In this document: positions 1-12,206 of the stretch, piece after piece | How the letters are laid out: each line of letters begins with the position of its first letter | Numbering within the stretch: position 1 is the stretch's first letter | From: Mustelus asterias | Taxonomy: Eukaryota | Direction: 5' to 3' | Assembly (NCBI RefSeq): GCF_964213995.1 | Contig: NC_135809.1 | Location: forward strand, 42,284,001-42,348,000 | DNA: 64,000 bases | The notes under the pieces: model-generated | Databases searched by the model: none | Told to the model about the DNA's origin: nothing | Seen by the model: only the letters and a program-made list of their open reading frames with translations | Translations under genes and position numbers: made by a program

Positions 1-969
1 TGGAAGACCTAGTGAGAAGTTACTTGGGGGACCTGGTGATAAAGTAATCAGCCCATGCATAGTACAATACTTAAAGACTATTCATTACAATAAACAAAAG
101 ACACATATACACAAACAGGACTATAATGATCTATGACAGTTAAGTATAAGGTCTATGAAACACAGCCACACAGCTTACGTATAAATTACCCTTTTTGGTC
201 CAAAGTATATTTAAAAGATCTGAAAGCTTTAATAACATCCTTCTTCCTAAACAACATCCACTTCAAGAGATCTAGAAGTAAAGGCCAGCTTATAGTTAGC
301 ACACTGTACACAATTGAGGAGTTATCCTAAGAAACGCCTCTTCTTGGTTCAGCGAAGATATAGTTTTAACTGCCTACCAAAAGGTTTCTGCACTTTTGCT
401 TCTTGTCTGCTAGGTTCTAAGTGGCTGGGTGGAATCTGCCCCTCTGCTTTCCAGAGTGTTGGCAATTGTACTATTTTTCCCCTTTGATTGTTCTGTGTAT
501 TTGCTGTCAGTTAACTCAGCTTCTGTGGCTCTAAAAATTAACATATGTATGCCTCCCCTCGATGGCTCAATCACCTAATTAGGGCATTTTGTATCAGCAC
601 GACAATACATTCTCCTGGTCTGTCTGAAACCTGCTAATCTCATCACTGGGAGACGCATCCTGTGATGCCTTTTGAAATCTACATGTAGGTTTTGTTACAT
701 TTTTGGCATTGCTTGCTATTGGCACATCCATGACACCATATTCCTTGAATTTCTCTAATTATGTTTATAGCACTATCTCAGCACTAAAATAACCACACAT
801 TACATCATCTGCCATTGTCTTGACACTATCCATGACACCATTGCCTTAAACGTTTCTATCAAATCTGAAAAAGTCTTACCTTGTATTTGTTTTCCATTAC
901 ACCAGACAGCATCCCAGCTAATCTGCACCATACCCTCTCAGTTATTCCCAGAGTAAAGAGTCCAAAACT

Positions 970-1820
970 GAACATAAGAACTAGGAGAAGGAGTAGGCCA
1001 TTTGGCCCCTCGAGCCAGGTCTGCCATTCAATAAGATCGTGGCTGATCTTTTTGTGGACTCAGCTCCACTTACCTACCCACTCACTATAACCCTTAATTC
1101 CTTTGCTGTTCAAAGATTTATCTATTCTTGCCTTAAAAATATTCAACGAGGTAGCCTCAACTGCTTCACTGGGCAGGGAATTCCACAGATTCACAACCCT
1201 TTGGGTGAAGAAGTTCCTCCTCAACTCAGTCCTAAGTCTGCTCCCCCTTATTTTAAGGCTATGCCCCCTAAGTTCTGATCTCACCCGTCAGTGGAAACAA
1301 CCTCCCTGCTTCTATCTCATCTATTTCCTTCATAATTTTATATGTTTCTATCAGATCTCCCCTCATTCTTCTGAATTCCAATGAGTATAGTCCCAGTCTA
1401 CTCAGTCTCTCCTCATAAACTAAACCTCTCAACTCTAGAATCAACCAAGTGAATCTCCTCTGCACCCCCTCCAGTGCCAGTATATCCTTTCTCAAGTAAG
1501 GGGATCAAAACTGTACATAGTACTCAGGTGAGGCCTCACCAGCACCTTATACAGCTGCAACATAACCTCCCTGTTTTTAAACTCCATCCCCCGGCAATGA
1601 AGGATAAAATTCCATTTGCCTTCTTAATTACCTGTTGCACCTGCAAACCAATCTTTTGCAATTCATGCACAAGGACACCCAGGTCCCTCTGCACAGCTGC
1701 ATGCTGCAATTTCTAACCATTTAAATAATAGTCCATTTTGCTGTTATTCCTGTCAAAATGGATGACCTCACATCTACCAACATTGTACTCATCTGCCAGA
1801 CCCTTGTCCACTCACTTAAA
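970..1820 (-). mobile_element. CR1 LINE 3' fragment (RT C-terminus plus 3' UTR)
   Basis: Minus-strand ORF pieces RKDILALEGVQRRFT and RGHSLKIRG...RRNFFTQRVVNLWNSLP; closely similar to the 3' part of the + copy at 4616-6822. Confidence 0.93.
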
Positions 1821-3297
1821 CAGTAGTTCAACTCTAGTCTTATGAAGGGTTTACATAGAATCATCATTACCTCTGGACTTTTCCATCCTAACAATTGACA
1901 TAGTTTTTCATTAGTTTTTCCCATGCCCTTCAGTAAGAGCACAGGTGCAAGCCTTTGTCCTTGGCTCCAAATGAGGTTGATGTTAATTTGGTTCATCCAA
2001 TCTATGTTGATGCTTAGATTTTGTGTGCCAAAATTGTTCTGATCACATTTACCCACCCTATTCTCATATCCATTTTCTGTCATTGCCATTCCAACCTAAT
2101 TTTGATTACAGACAGTTCCAACCTCAACCACTAACTTGGAAATGAATTCCACAGACTCACATCATGCATAAATATTTCCCTTCCCTGACGTTCTTAATCT
2201 ATGTGCAATCTTGCATCTACAGGAAACTGTTTTCATCTACCTTACATCCTTTCATAATTTTAAACGCCAGTTTCTTGGTATCAGAAGGAAAGAAAACCAT
2301 GCTTATCACATACACACATTTATTGTGGGGCCCAATGAAGCAGAGAGAAAACTTAATTCTCAAGAAAAGTAATTCTTCAGGTTTGCTTGTCATAGCAGTT
2401 AGGGATCAGGGAAGATTTTTTGATTGGCTCTAGGTCTCAATTTTTGACCTTTCGACTTCCCGGTATGTGGGTGGGCAGCAGGGCACAGTAAGATGGTAAG
2501 CGCATAGAGAAGAGTCCACTTAAAAATGGAGCACACATGAATGAGGCTTGACTGCCTTTTCTCACCCTCAATACATAAAATATTTAGTTTTTTTCTGAAA
2601 TGGAAAATAAGACAAATAATGGAAAAAACCTATGTCAGTCACAACATGCAAAGTGGCTGAAGTGGGTTAATGGATGAAAATAATAAAAATTCCTGCAGCT
2701 GAGTAACCAAAGATGCACTTAAATTTAATGGGCCTTTTATAATTGCACTAGAATTTATTGGGGCCACTGAGACCAGATGCCATTCTAAGTACTGTTATAA
2801 ATTATTCTCATGACCACTGACTCAGCACTTGCCTCTCAAAACTGAAGAACATAACAAGACTGGCATCTATTGGTTTCAACTGAACAGGAATTCCAATTTA
2901 CTTTTAAATAAATTAATCTGTGCTAATATTTAAAAACAAGAACATATTTCACATTCTACCTACTTTCACAAGGTGGTACAAATTGATGTTCCCATTCACC
3001 AGTCTAGCATTGGTTGCTGTCTTAATCTTCCATTAACTTTTCTGTGATAATTTATTGCCTTTTGATTCTTTCTGCCTTATTATTGATGCCTTTATACACA
3101 GCATCGCCATAATATATCAAGAACTACATTTTGCTTGCCATATTGCAGATATTGTTGTGTTTTAGGTTTGCTTTTGTAGAGCCCTGATCACAATACCTGC
3201 ATCCAATTCATTATTTTCTAATATTTAAAATGTAGCATGTCTAATTTACGATGATTTTTGCATATTGAATAAAACCTATAATTTATATTACCGCCTT

Positions 3298-3830
3298 CAT
3301 TAAAAAGGGTGCGATAAATAGGCCAGGAAATTATAGGCTGGTCAATCTGACTTCAGTGGTGGGCAAATTATTGGAAGCAAAGAGTTGGTGGATGTTTTTG
3401 CGAATGGAAAGCAGTTTCTAGAGCTGCTCCACAGGGCTCAGTGGGGCCTTTGCCGTTTGTTGTACATATCAATGATTTGGATTTAAATTTGGAAGGCATG
3501 ATCAGGAAATTTGCAGATGACACAAAAATTGGCTGTGTAGGTGATACTGAAGGGGTTAGCCATTATCTCCAGAATTATATCAATGATTTGGATGAGTGGG
3601 TGGAAAAGTGGCAAATGGATTCAATCCGGAAAATTGTGAGGTAATGCATTTGAGGAGGGCAACCAAAGCAAGGGAATACTCAATAAATGGGAGGATATTG
3701 AGAGAGGTTGAGGAAGAGAGAGACCTTAAGAGTGCATGTCCACAGGTCCCTGAAGGTGGCAGGACAGATGGATAAGGTGGTAAAGAACATATGTGGAATG
3801 CTTTCTTTTATTGCGTGATTATTGAATGTC
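3298..3830 (+). mobile_element. Decayed, internally deleted CR1 ORF2 fragment
   Basis: NYRxVxLTSVVGKLLE-like segment, then GPLxFVxxINDLD...KFADDTKIG and WQM motifs. Confidence 0.85.
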
Positions 3831-4615
3831 TTGGGATATCATAATGTTGACACAGTTGCTCAAAAGATGAGAAGCCTCTCTAAACAGGTTGCCCATTCCT
3901 GAGAGTCCCTGATTCCTCCAAATGCCAAAACCATGGTCCATAAGACCTGGAGGAAAATCTGGGTTACCCTGTAGAGGAGAGAGAGCAGAAGTCAACAAAT
4001 CAAATCATGGAACATCTTCCACACTCTGAGTATAAGTGATTATTGGAGTCTCCAAGAAACAGTTTGTAAATTCTGGCTGACCAGTTTCAAAATTGAACCA
4101 AATGGAAGTGAGTCTCCTTTTAAACATTCTCATATAAATCTAAGATGGGGGGTTAGCTGATACAATTTTATATTTGGCACACCAAGGCACCTGTTGAACT
4201 CAGAAGTTGTAATATGGCCAATCTTAAGCCAGGTCTCTTTTTTCCATATGAAGGAGCAATATCCCTCATTAATTTCCTTCAGGGCCTCAGCAGAAAGTAA
4301 AACTGGTAATATCTGTAGAGGGTACAGCAACCTAGGTAATACATTCATCTCAATCAGTGCTATCCCACCCAGCCATAATATAGGTAGAGAGGACCAGCAA
4401 TGTAGATTTCACTTCATAGATGCAAGTTTCCCTGATACAACTGATGGAATGAGGGGTAATAGAAATATCCAAATAGGTAAACCCTGAAGGGGACCATCTG
4501 AAGGGGAAGGGAGCAATGGAGGAGATTACCCCCTAAGCCTTCCTAATGGCATGGCCTCAAACTTAGCAACATGATTTTTTATAACCTGAGGAGGAAACAA
4601 ACCAACCCACAAACC

Positions 4616-6822
4616 AACAAAGGAGACTATAAAGGGATGAGGGAGGAGTTGGCCAAGGTGGACTGGGAGCAAAAACTTTATGGTGGGACAATTGAGGAAC
4701 AGTGAAGGACTTTCAAAGCGATCTTTCACAGTGGTCAGCAAAAGTATATACCAGTGATAAGGAAGGACTGTCGAAAAAGAGATAATCAGCCATGGATATC
4801 TAAGGAAATAGAGGAGGGTATCAAATTGAAAGAAAATGCATACAAAGTAGCAAAGATTAGTGGGAACCTAGAGGATTGGGAAATCGTTAAAAGTCAGCAG
4901 AAAGCCATGAAAAAAGCTATAAACAAAGGTAAGATGGATTATGAGAGTAAACTAGCTCAGAATATAAAAACAGATAGCAAAAGTTTCTACAAATATATAA
5001 AATGAAAAAAAGTGGCAAAAGTAAACATTGGGCCTTTAGAGGACAAGAAGGGGAATGTAATAACTGAAAATGAGAAAATGGCTGAGGCATTGAACAGGTA
5101 TTTTGTGTCGGTCTTCACAGTGGAAGACACAAATAACATGCCAAAAATTGATGACAAGAAGGCTATGGCAGGTGAGAACCTAGAAACTATTATCATGAAA
5201 GGGGTAGTGTTGGGCAAGTTAATGGGGCTAAAGGTAGACAAGTCTCCTGGTCCTGATGGAATGCATCCCAGGGTACTAAAAGAGATGGCAGGAGAAATAG
5301 CAAATGCACTAGTGGTAATTTACCAAAATTCGCTGGACTCTGGACAATTCGCAGATTGAAAAACAGCAAATGTGACGCCACTGTTTAAAAAAGGAGGTAG
5401 ACAAAAGGCAGGTAACTATAGGCCGGTTGGCTTAACTTCTATAGTAGGGAAAATGCTTGAATCTATCATCAAGGAAGAAATAGCGAGACATCTGGATATA
5501 AATTGTCCCATTGGTAAGACACAGCATGGGTTCATGAAGGGAAGGTCACATTTGACTAATTTGGTGGAATTCTTTGAGAACATTACATGTGCAGTGGACA
5601 ATGGGGAACCTGTGGATGTGGTGTATCTGGATTTCCAGAAGGCATTTGACAAGGTGCCGCACCAAAGACTGCTACATAAGATAAAGGTACACAGTGTTAC
5701 GGGTAATGTATTAGCATGGATAGAGGATTGGTTAACCAACAGAAAGCAAAGAGTGGGGGTAAATGGGTGTTTTTCTGGTTGGCTATCAGTGACTAGTGGT
5801 GTGCCTCAGGGATCAGTGTTGGGACCGCAATTGTTTACAATTTACATAGATGATTTGGAGTTGGAGACCAAGTGTAGTGTGTCAAAATTCACAGATGACA
5901 CCAAGATGGGTGGCAGAGCAAAGTGTGCAGACGATGCTGAAAGTCTGCAAAGTGATATAGATAGTCTAAGTGAGTGGGCGAGGGTCTGGCAGATGGAGTA
6001 CAATGTTGGTAAATGTGAGGTCATCCATTTTGGTAGGAACAACAGCAAAATGGACTATTATTTAAATGGTAAAAAATTGCAGCATGCTGCTGTGCAGAGG
6101 GAACTGGGTGTCCTTGTGCAGGAATCTCAAGGAGTTTGTTTGCAGGTGCAGCAGGTAATTAAGGAGGCAAATGGGATTTTGTCCTTCATTGCTAGAGGGA
6201 TGGAGTTTAAAAACAGCGAGATTATGTTGCAGCTGTATGAGGTGCCGGTGAGGCCACACCTGGAGTACTGTGTACAGTTTTGGTCTCCTTGCTTGAGAAA
6301 GGATATACTGGCACTGGAGGGGGTGCAGAGGAGATTCACTAGGTTAATTCCGGAGTTGAGAGGGTTGGCTTATGAGGAGAGACTGAGTGGACTGGGGCTA
6401 TACTCATTAGAATTCAGAAGAATAAGGGGAGATCTTATAGAAACATATAAGATTATGAAGGGAATAGATAAGACAGAAGCAGGGAAGTTGTTTCCACTGG
6501 CGGGTGAAACTAGAACTAGGGTGCATAGCCTCAAAATAAGGGGAAGCAGATTTAGGACTGAGTTGAGGAGGAACTTCTTCACACAAAGGGTTGTGAATCT
6601 GTGGAATTCCCTGCCCAGTGAAGCAGTTGAGATTACCTGATTGAATGTTTTTAAGGCAAGGATAGATAAATTTTTGAACAGTAAAGGAATTAAGGGTTAT
6701 GGTGAGCGGGCGGGTAAGTGGAGCCGAGTCCTCAAAAAAATCAGCCATGATCTTATTGAATGGCGGAGCAGGCTTGAGGGGCCAGATGGCCTACTCCTGC
6801 TCCTAGTTCTTATGTTCTTATG
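4616..6822 (+). mobile_element. 5'-truncated CR1 LINE inserted in the L1 RT region
   Basis: ORF2 pieces with KSPGPDG, QHGF, YLDFQKAFD, GVPQGSVLGP and F(T)DD; in-frame stops at about 5005, 5359 and 6640; tail gttcttatgttcttatg. Confidence 0.95.
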
Positions 6823-8594
6823 TACAATGTCAATAATAGCAGGAACAGAGATTTCCGGCTTTCCACTACTAGCCAAACCAAATATCAAAGCATTATGTCT
6901 AATTGCCGCGACTAAGAACTCAATAGGTACTGCAAGCAATAGGAATAGCGGGCAACCCTGCTTGGTCCGCCACTGCTAAAGACTAAAACTATTCGTGAGA
7001 ACTGCTACAAATAGATTTTTATAAAGCACTTGTTAACTCCTCCCCACCCCCCACCACCACAAATCCAAATTTCTGCAGCGCACAGAATAAATAGTTCTAT
7101 TCTACCCATCAAATGCTTTCTCTGAATCCAATAAAATCACCAAGCTGTCTACCGCTTGTTTTTGAGAAACCTGAATGATACTTAATAATATCCTAACACT
7201 GTTGCATGACTTTCATCCTCTTATAAACTCAGTCTGATCACCCTGGATAATCAAGGGAAGATTTCAAATCTACATTTAAAAGTGAGATTGGTCTAGAGGA
7301 TGCTCGTTCTTCTGGACTCTTGCTTGTCTTCAAAATTAGAGAGATATTCAATTCTCTAAGTGACTGAAACAACTGCCCTGCTTAAAAATGAAAGGTTATA
7401 CAGACTAATCAGAGGTTCTACTAGCATGTCTTTGAATTCCTTATAAAATTCACTTCCAAAACCATCAAGTCATGGAGCCTTACCAGACTAAGGATCCCTC
7501 AATGCAGCTAAAATCCCACTCAGAAATCGGAGTATTTAAGAAATTGTCGGGAGTTCAACAGAAGAGAAAAATTGTTTCATTTGCATTAATGCATCGAAGG
7601 ACTGATCTGTTTTATATAAATCGACATAAAAGTTTTTAAATGCCTTATTAATATTGTCAGTCTTACGCATTGTATTGCCCTTTGAATACAGTGCAGAGGA
7701 AATAGCGTCTTCTTCTTTGTAAAGAGAACTAAATATCTACTTGGTTTATTTTCAAACTCAATTTTTGTTTCACAAATGTTATACTTCTTTCAGCACATTG
7801 AGTCAACAAGGGGTCCAGTGCTGGTCGGATTGCGTTAATTTCTTTCAGCATTAAATGGCTAGGATTCTTACCATACTCTATCTGTTTCTGCGAATTTTAC
7901 TTCTAGCTGGCACTGTCGCTCCAGCATTTTACACTTTCTGGTGACTATATACAAAATAACCAGTTCTCTTGCAAAAGCCTTGCAAGTCTCCTACAGGATT
8001 GAGAGGCTGACTTCAGAAAGAGAATCGATCGAATAAAAATGTTCAAATTCGGATTTGAAATAAGAAGTAAAGTTATCATCTTTAAGCAGAGATGCATTAA
8101 ACCTCCATAATCTAGATTGTAAATATATCGCCTCGAGTGAAAATTCCAGGAAGACAGGAGCACGATCAGAGATCACAATACACTTGTACATTAGGAAAGA
8201 ACTGAATGTAACATTGTTTTTGGCATGAAAAAATAATAATTCCTCGCATTACAGGGAACAGGGAAGGCGGCAAATTCTGTCTTCGGGGTGTAACGTTCTC
8301 CAAATATCCCAATTCCTCGCATACAGATACTAATGCCTTCACCTGTTGAGTAGGTGGCTTTCTAGTTATAGGAAGCTTGTCCATCAAAGGATTTAGGTGG
8401 CAGTTAAGTCCCCTCCTGTGAAAGAATTTGTTGATGCTAATTCAGAAGTTACAAAATCAGAAGAATAATTTGGAGGGCCATACACATTTATTATCACAAT
8501 ACTTTCTCCATGCAGCATTCCTTTAACAATCACAAACCTTCCCCCTTTATCTTTCACACAGTTCTCAGATCTAAATGGCACATTTTTATTAAAA

Positions 8595-8771
8595 GGGCAG
8601 CACTGTGGCAGTGGTTAGCACGACTGCCTCACAGCTCTAGGGGCCCAGGTTCAATTCTGGCCTTGGGCGACTGTACATTCTCCCAGTGTCTGCATGGGTT
8701 TTTTCCAAGTGCTCCGGTTTCCTCCCACAGTCCAAAGATGTGCCGGGTTAGGTGGATTGGCCATGCTGAAA
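8595..8771 (+). mobile_element. HE1/V-SINE-type tRNA-derived SINE, 3'-truncated
   Basis: gggcagcac..gtggttagcac..gcctcacagc..ggttcaattc (A/B boxes) plus the V-SINE core ctccggtttcctcccacagtccaaagatgtg. Confidence 0.85.
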
Positions 8772-9859
8772 TCCAGACTTTACAGTCAACTGCAACCTGT
8801 TACTAGAGACATTCAGCAGAGGGATCTGAATTGTTGTCTTCCACAAAGCTCACGAAAGCCTTGGCTTTAGCCAGGATATCACAAGTTTTTGTAGAGTTGT
8901 TGAATGTGACCCTCAATATGGCAGCAAACAGCAGAGCATATCGTGTTCCAATGGCCTCCAGTTGTCTTCTAACTTCATCAAAACCCTTGTGCCTATCTTG
9001 TACCACCTTTGAAAAATCTTGAAAAGAAAGAGACCTTCGCTCCATCATAGAGCAAGGCCCCACCATTCTAGCTGCCATCATTATTTTTGAAGATCTTTGA
9101 AGTTATGAAAACACATAATTATGGGCCAGGATCATTGGTTATCCCTCGGTCTCAATGCAAGTAAATGGTCTGCCCTTTCTAATTTAATGCACCCAGTTTT
9201 CATTTCTATGTTAAGAAAGCGTGGTAGCCAGCTCTCAAAAAGTTTAATTCGAAGCTCACCTTCAGCTCCTTCTTTCAAACTAAGGACCTGAACATTTTTT
9301 CTTTAGATCACCTAGATATTCCGTCATACTGAGCAGTTGTTTTTGCATGGATTGTAAATGGGCCTCTACCAAGGAAGTTGCATTTTCCACAGTAAAAATT
9401 CTCTCCAAGCTTCATCAAGCCTTTTATCAGTATTCTGCACTTGTAGAGCTGAGCCCTGATATTTTGCACTCATAGACCGAGTTTCTCATCAATGACTTCG
9501 ATAATATTAGTAGTCATCAGTTGTAATGCTTTTCAAAATGTTTGGTCAAGAGCCGGCTCTTTCACCAAGTCACAATGTTGAAGAGTCGACTCCACCCTAG
9601 TTGTCTCTGGCTCTCTCTCTTTTCATTGGTTTTCTTAACATTTCTCAGAATTTTGTCAGCAAAGTTCAACCAAAAATCTTCCAGGGACAAAATATGGAGT
9701 TTTCACTTCCGAAAAAAACTGAGTACAAGCTGAATGAGCAAAATAAATGAAAGGATTTCTAACTGATTAGCACCAGAGCTCACAGGAAACACAGCTATGT
9801 CATTGCTCGCATCACGTGACCCCCACTGCTTAATTCTTGAACGCTTGACCTTTGCTCTA

Positions 9860-10330
9860 ACTTCATAGCTGCTCACTCAGTAGTTTGCAATCTCAATACC
9901 TTGATTGATCCTGACCCGAATTCCAAATTCAATATTCCATCTATCACCAGGATGGCTTAAGTGTACTTCTTCAATACTGCACACCTCTGATCTCTTAAAC
10001 CAGAACAACCAAAACCCTTATGCGTAAATTGTTATTTTAAGACTCGAATTTTCCAGTGGTCACTTCACAGATCTTCCAAGCTCCACCTTTCCAACTCACC
10101 CAAAAGCATGTTTCTACATTCAGTCAAATATCAGGATGTGTTCAACCATCACTCCAACTGAAGAAGAATTTTTCACTACCTTTCTTTTAGATGGAATAAC
10201 CCCTTCCCTTCATCCCATACTGGCACATCCAGTAACTCTTCAGTTACATAACCAACCCATACTCCACACCAGCTCTATCAAATGCCAAGCATTCCTATGT
10301 TAAAATAAAGTTGTCTTTCAGCTTGTTCTT
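9860..10330 (+). mobile_element. Very old L2-like LINE 3' fragment
   Basis: Faint remnants of the VRNLG..FD..HI..IT..SRLD coding pattern; heavily decayed. Confidence 0.4.
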
Positions 10331-11305
10331 GTCTCTTAAATCTGTCATAGTACACAGAATGCTAATAAACATCTGAACTAGAAATTACACCATTGTTTAA
10401 GTCAATCCAAACAAAGCAAGCGCTACTATTTGGTTACCTTCAGTCAATTGTCTTGAAGGAAGAGTCAATATGTATGTATTGAATATGGACATGAACATAA
10501 ACAGTGATCTATCCTGTCTACGTCTGATTGGATGCTGCTTCAGAATTTAGTTGGCAACTATTTTCCGAGTATTATTACCCAGAACTGTTCAAATCAGAAT
10601 TAGTCTGAAGTTGTTGAAGAGACAACTGAAGGACATGGCCCTCACCTGAAAGGTTTGACACCATTTGTGTTCAACAGCATTTATTTGTCCTCATTCAATA
10701 TCTATTATACTCAAAAACAATTATTTAGTCATTATTTGACATCAATTGCACTCAAACCATCTGGCTATCATTTAACCTTACAAGCATCATAACTGATATC
10801 AATGTTATCAATTGCCCCAAACCACAACACTCAAACATTTGCAATTAGCAACATCACTTGAGCATTCAGACACTAAAAACAATCATAGTTTATTGTCCGT
10901 ATTTCTAAATTTTGATGCTTCAAACATCACAAAACTAAGCAAACTTCAGAAAAAGCAGCCTGTTTTGATGAGTTGCTGTTATGTTTTTCTTATAATCCTT
11001 AACCAGTGCAACTCATCAACCACCCCCACTGTGAACCGAGTTATTTTCTCCCCAACCAGAAATTTTATTCTGCCTCTCCAAACTGCTCCCATAGCGGAGT
11101 AAGTTTCAAAAGTCAAACTTGTACAGTAATGAGAGGCAACGTAAGGCAGCACTAGATCACATGACCAAACGTTTGGTTCAAGAGGTTAAATGGGTTTCGG
11201 AGATTCAAGGAAAATCACAGACCACTTTCCCCACAATTCAGGCTTCTGAACCCGATTTAACAATGATGTTGGGATCCTGAGACCTGTGGGAAAAATCCTG
11301 GTCTG

Positions 11306-11441
11306 GGGCCAAAATTCTCCCATCTCACCTGCCACGGGAATTATAGCAGGAGACACAGAAAATTCGGCAGTCCATTTAAAGGCTGTTGAGCTCAGGCGGG
11401 AATTTCCAGTCTTGGGACGCACACGGCCAGAGAATCCTGCT
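11306..11441. mobile_element. Short (about 130 bp) MITE-like repeat, copy 1
   Basis: Aligns in reverse complement with 61798-61916 (aattctcccatctcacctgccacgggaat; gttgagctcaggcgggaatttcc; ggccagagaatcc). Confidence 0.6.
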
Positions 11442-11499
11442 CAAGATGTCTGAAATGGAGGGTGCAATTTCCTGGTTCTGCCAAAGGGTGAGGTCCACT

Positions 11500-12206
11500 G
11501 CTGCTCGACCAGGAAATCTCGGCAGGAAGGTCTTTCAGTCTTCTCATGTACAAGGCCCCAAGCACTCCTTTCAGGTGAAGTAACATTTCACTTGCACCAA
11601 CTTCAATTTGGTCTATTGAATTTGCTGCTCACAATGCAATCTCCTCTACACTGGGGAGACTAAACGCAGACTGTGAGATCGCTTTGCTGAACACCTTCGC
11701 TCAGCCCGCAATCATGATCCTGACTTTTCTATTGCTTGTTATTTCAATTCAGCATCTTGCTCTCGTGCCCACATGTCCACCTTTGGCTTGCTGTAATGCA
11801 CCAGTGAAGAGCAACACAAACTGAATGAACAACACCTCAGCTTTCAAGTAGGCACATTACAATCTTCTGGACTCGACACCGAGGTCAACAAATTTCAAGT
11901 GTGACTTTTCTCCTCCATCTTTACATTTTTTTTGACTATCCCAAACAATTTTTGCTCCAATGCGAAAACCCTCTCTCCCCACCATGTCATCTGTCATTTA
12001 TTCTTAGGTTTTGCGACATCTCAGTTGCAATCCTTTTCAGTTAAATCACTGATCTTCTAGTCTGTTCCACCCCCTCTTACACAGTATATAATTCAACATA
12101 AGCTTCCTCCTCTTTAGTTCTGAGCAAGAGTCAAGTGGACGCGAAACATTAACTCTGTTTTCTCTCCTTGCAGATGCTGCCAGAGCTACTGCATTTTTCC
12201 AGCATT
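11500..12206 (+). mobile_element. Decayed Penelope-like element 3' end (GIY-YIG domain plus pLTR)
   Basis: Frame reads FQVK*HFTCTNFNLVY*ICCSQCNLLYTGETKRRL*DRFAEHLRS (GIY-YIG). Ends in the ctga...cgaaac..gttaactctg..cagatgctgccaga..ccagcatttt pLTR-type motif. Confidence 0.82.

Larger units (their letters stand above)
3835..9824 (-). mobile_element. Decayed L1-clade LINE (5' UTR, ORF1, EN, RT), interrupted by a CR1 (4616-6822) and a SINE (8595-8771)
   Basis: 5' end GGGGTCACGTGA at about 9824; ORF1 C-terminus FQDFSK...FDEVRRQL...YALLFAAILRV (8803-9081); EN motifs DKGGRFVIVKG, NVYGP and WRFNASLL; RT QGCP at about 6955; MNVLPRLLYPLQILP at 4130-4348. Many stops and frameshifts. Confidence 0.88.

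Noticed and set aside
720-862. Short imperfect direct repeat (atccatgacacca twice) and a possible LTR at 1-835
   Set aside because: Too short and degenerate, and the element boundaries cannot be supported within the window.
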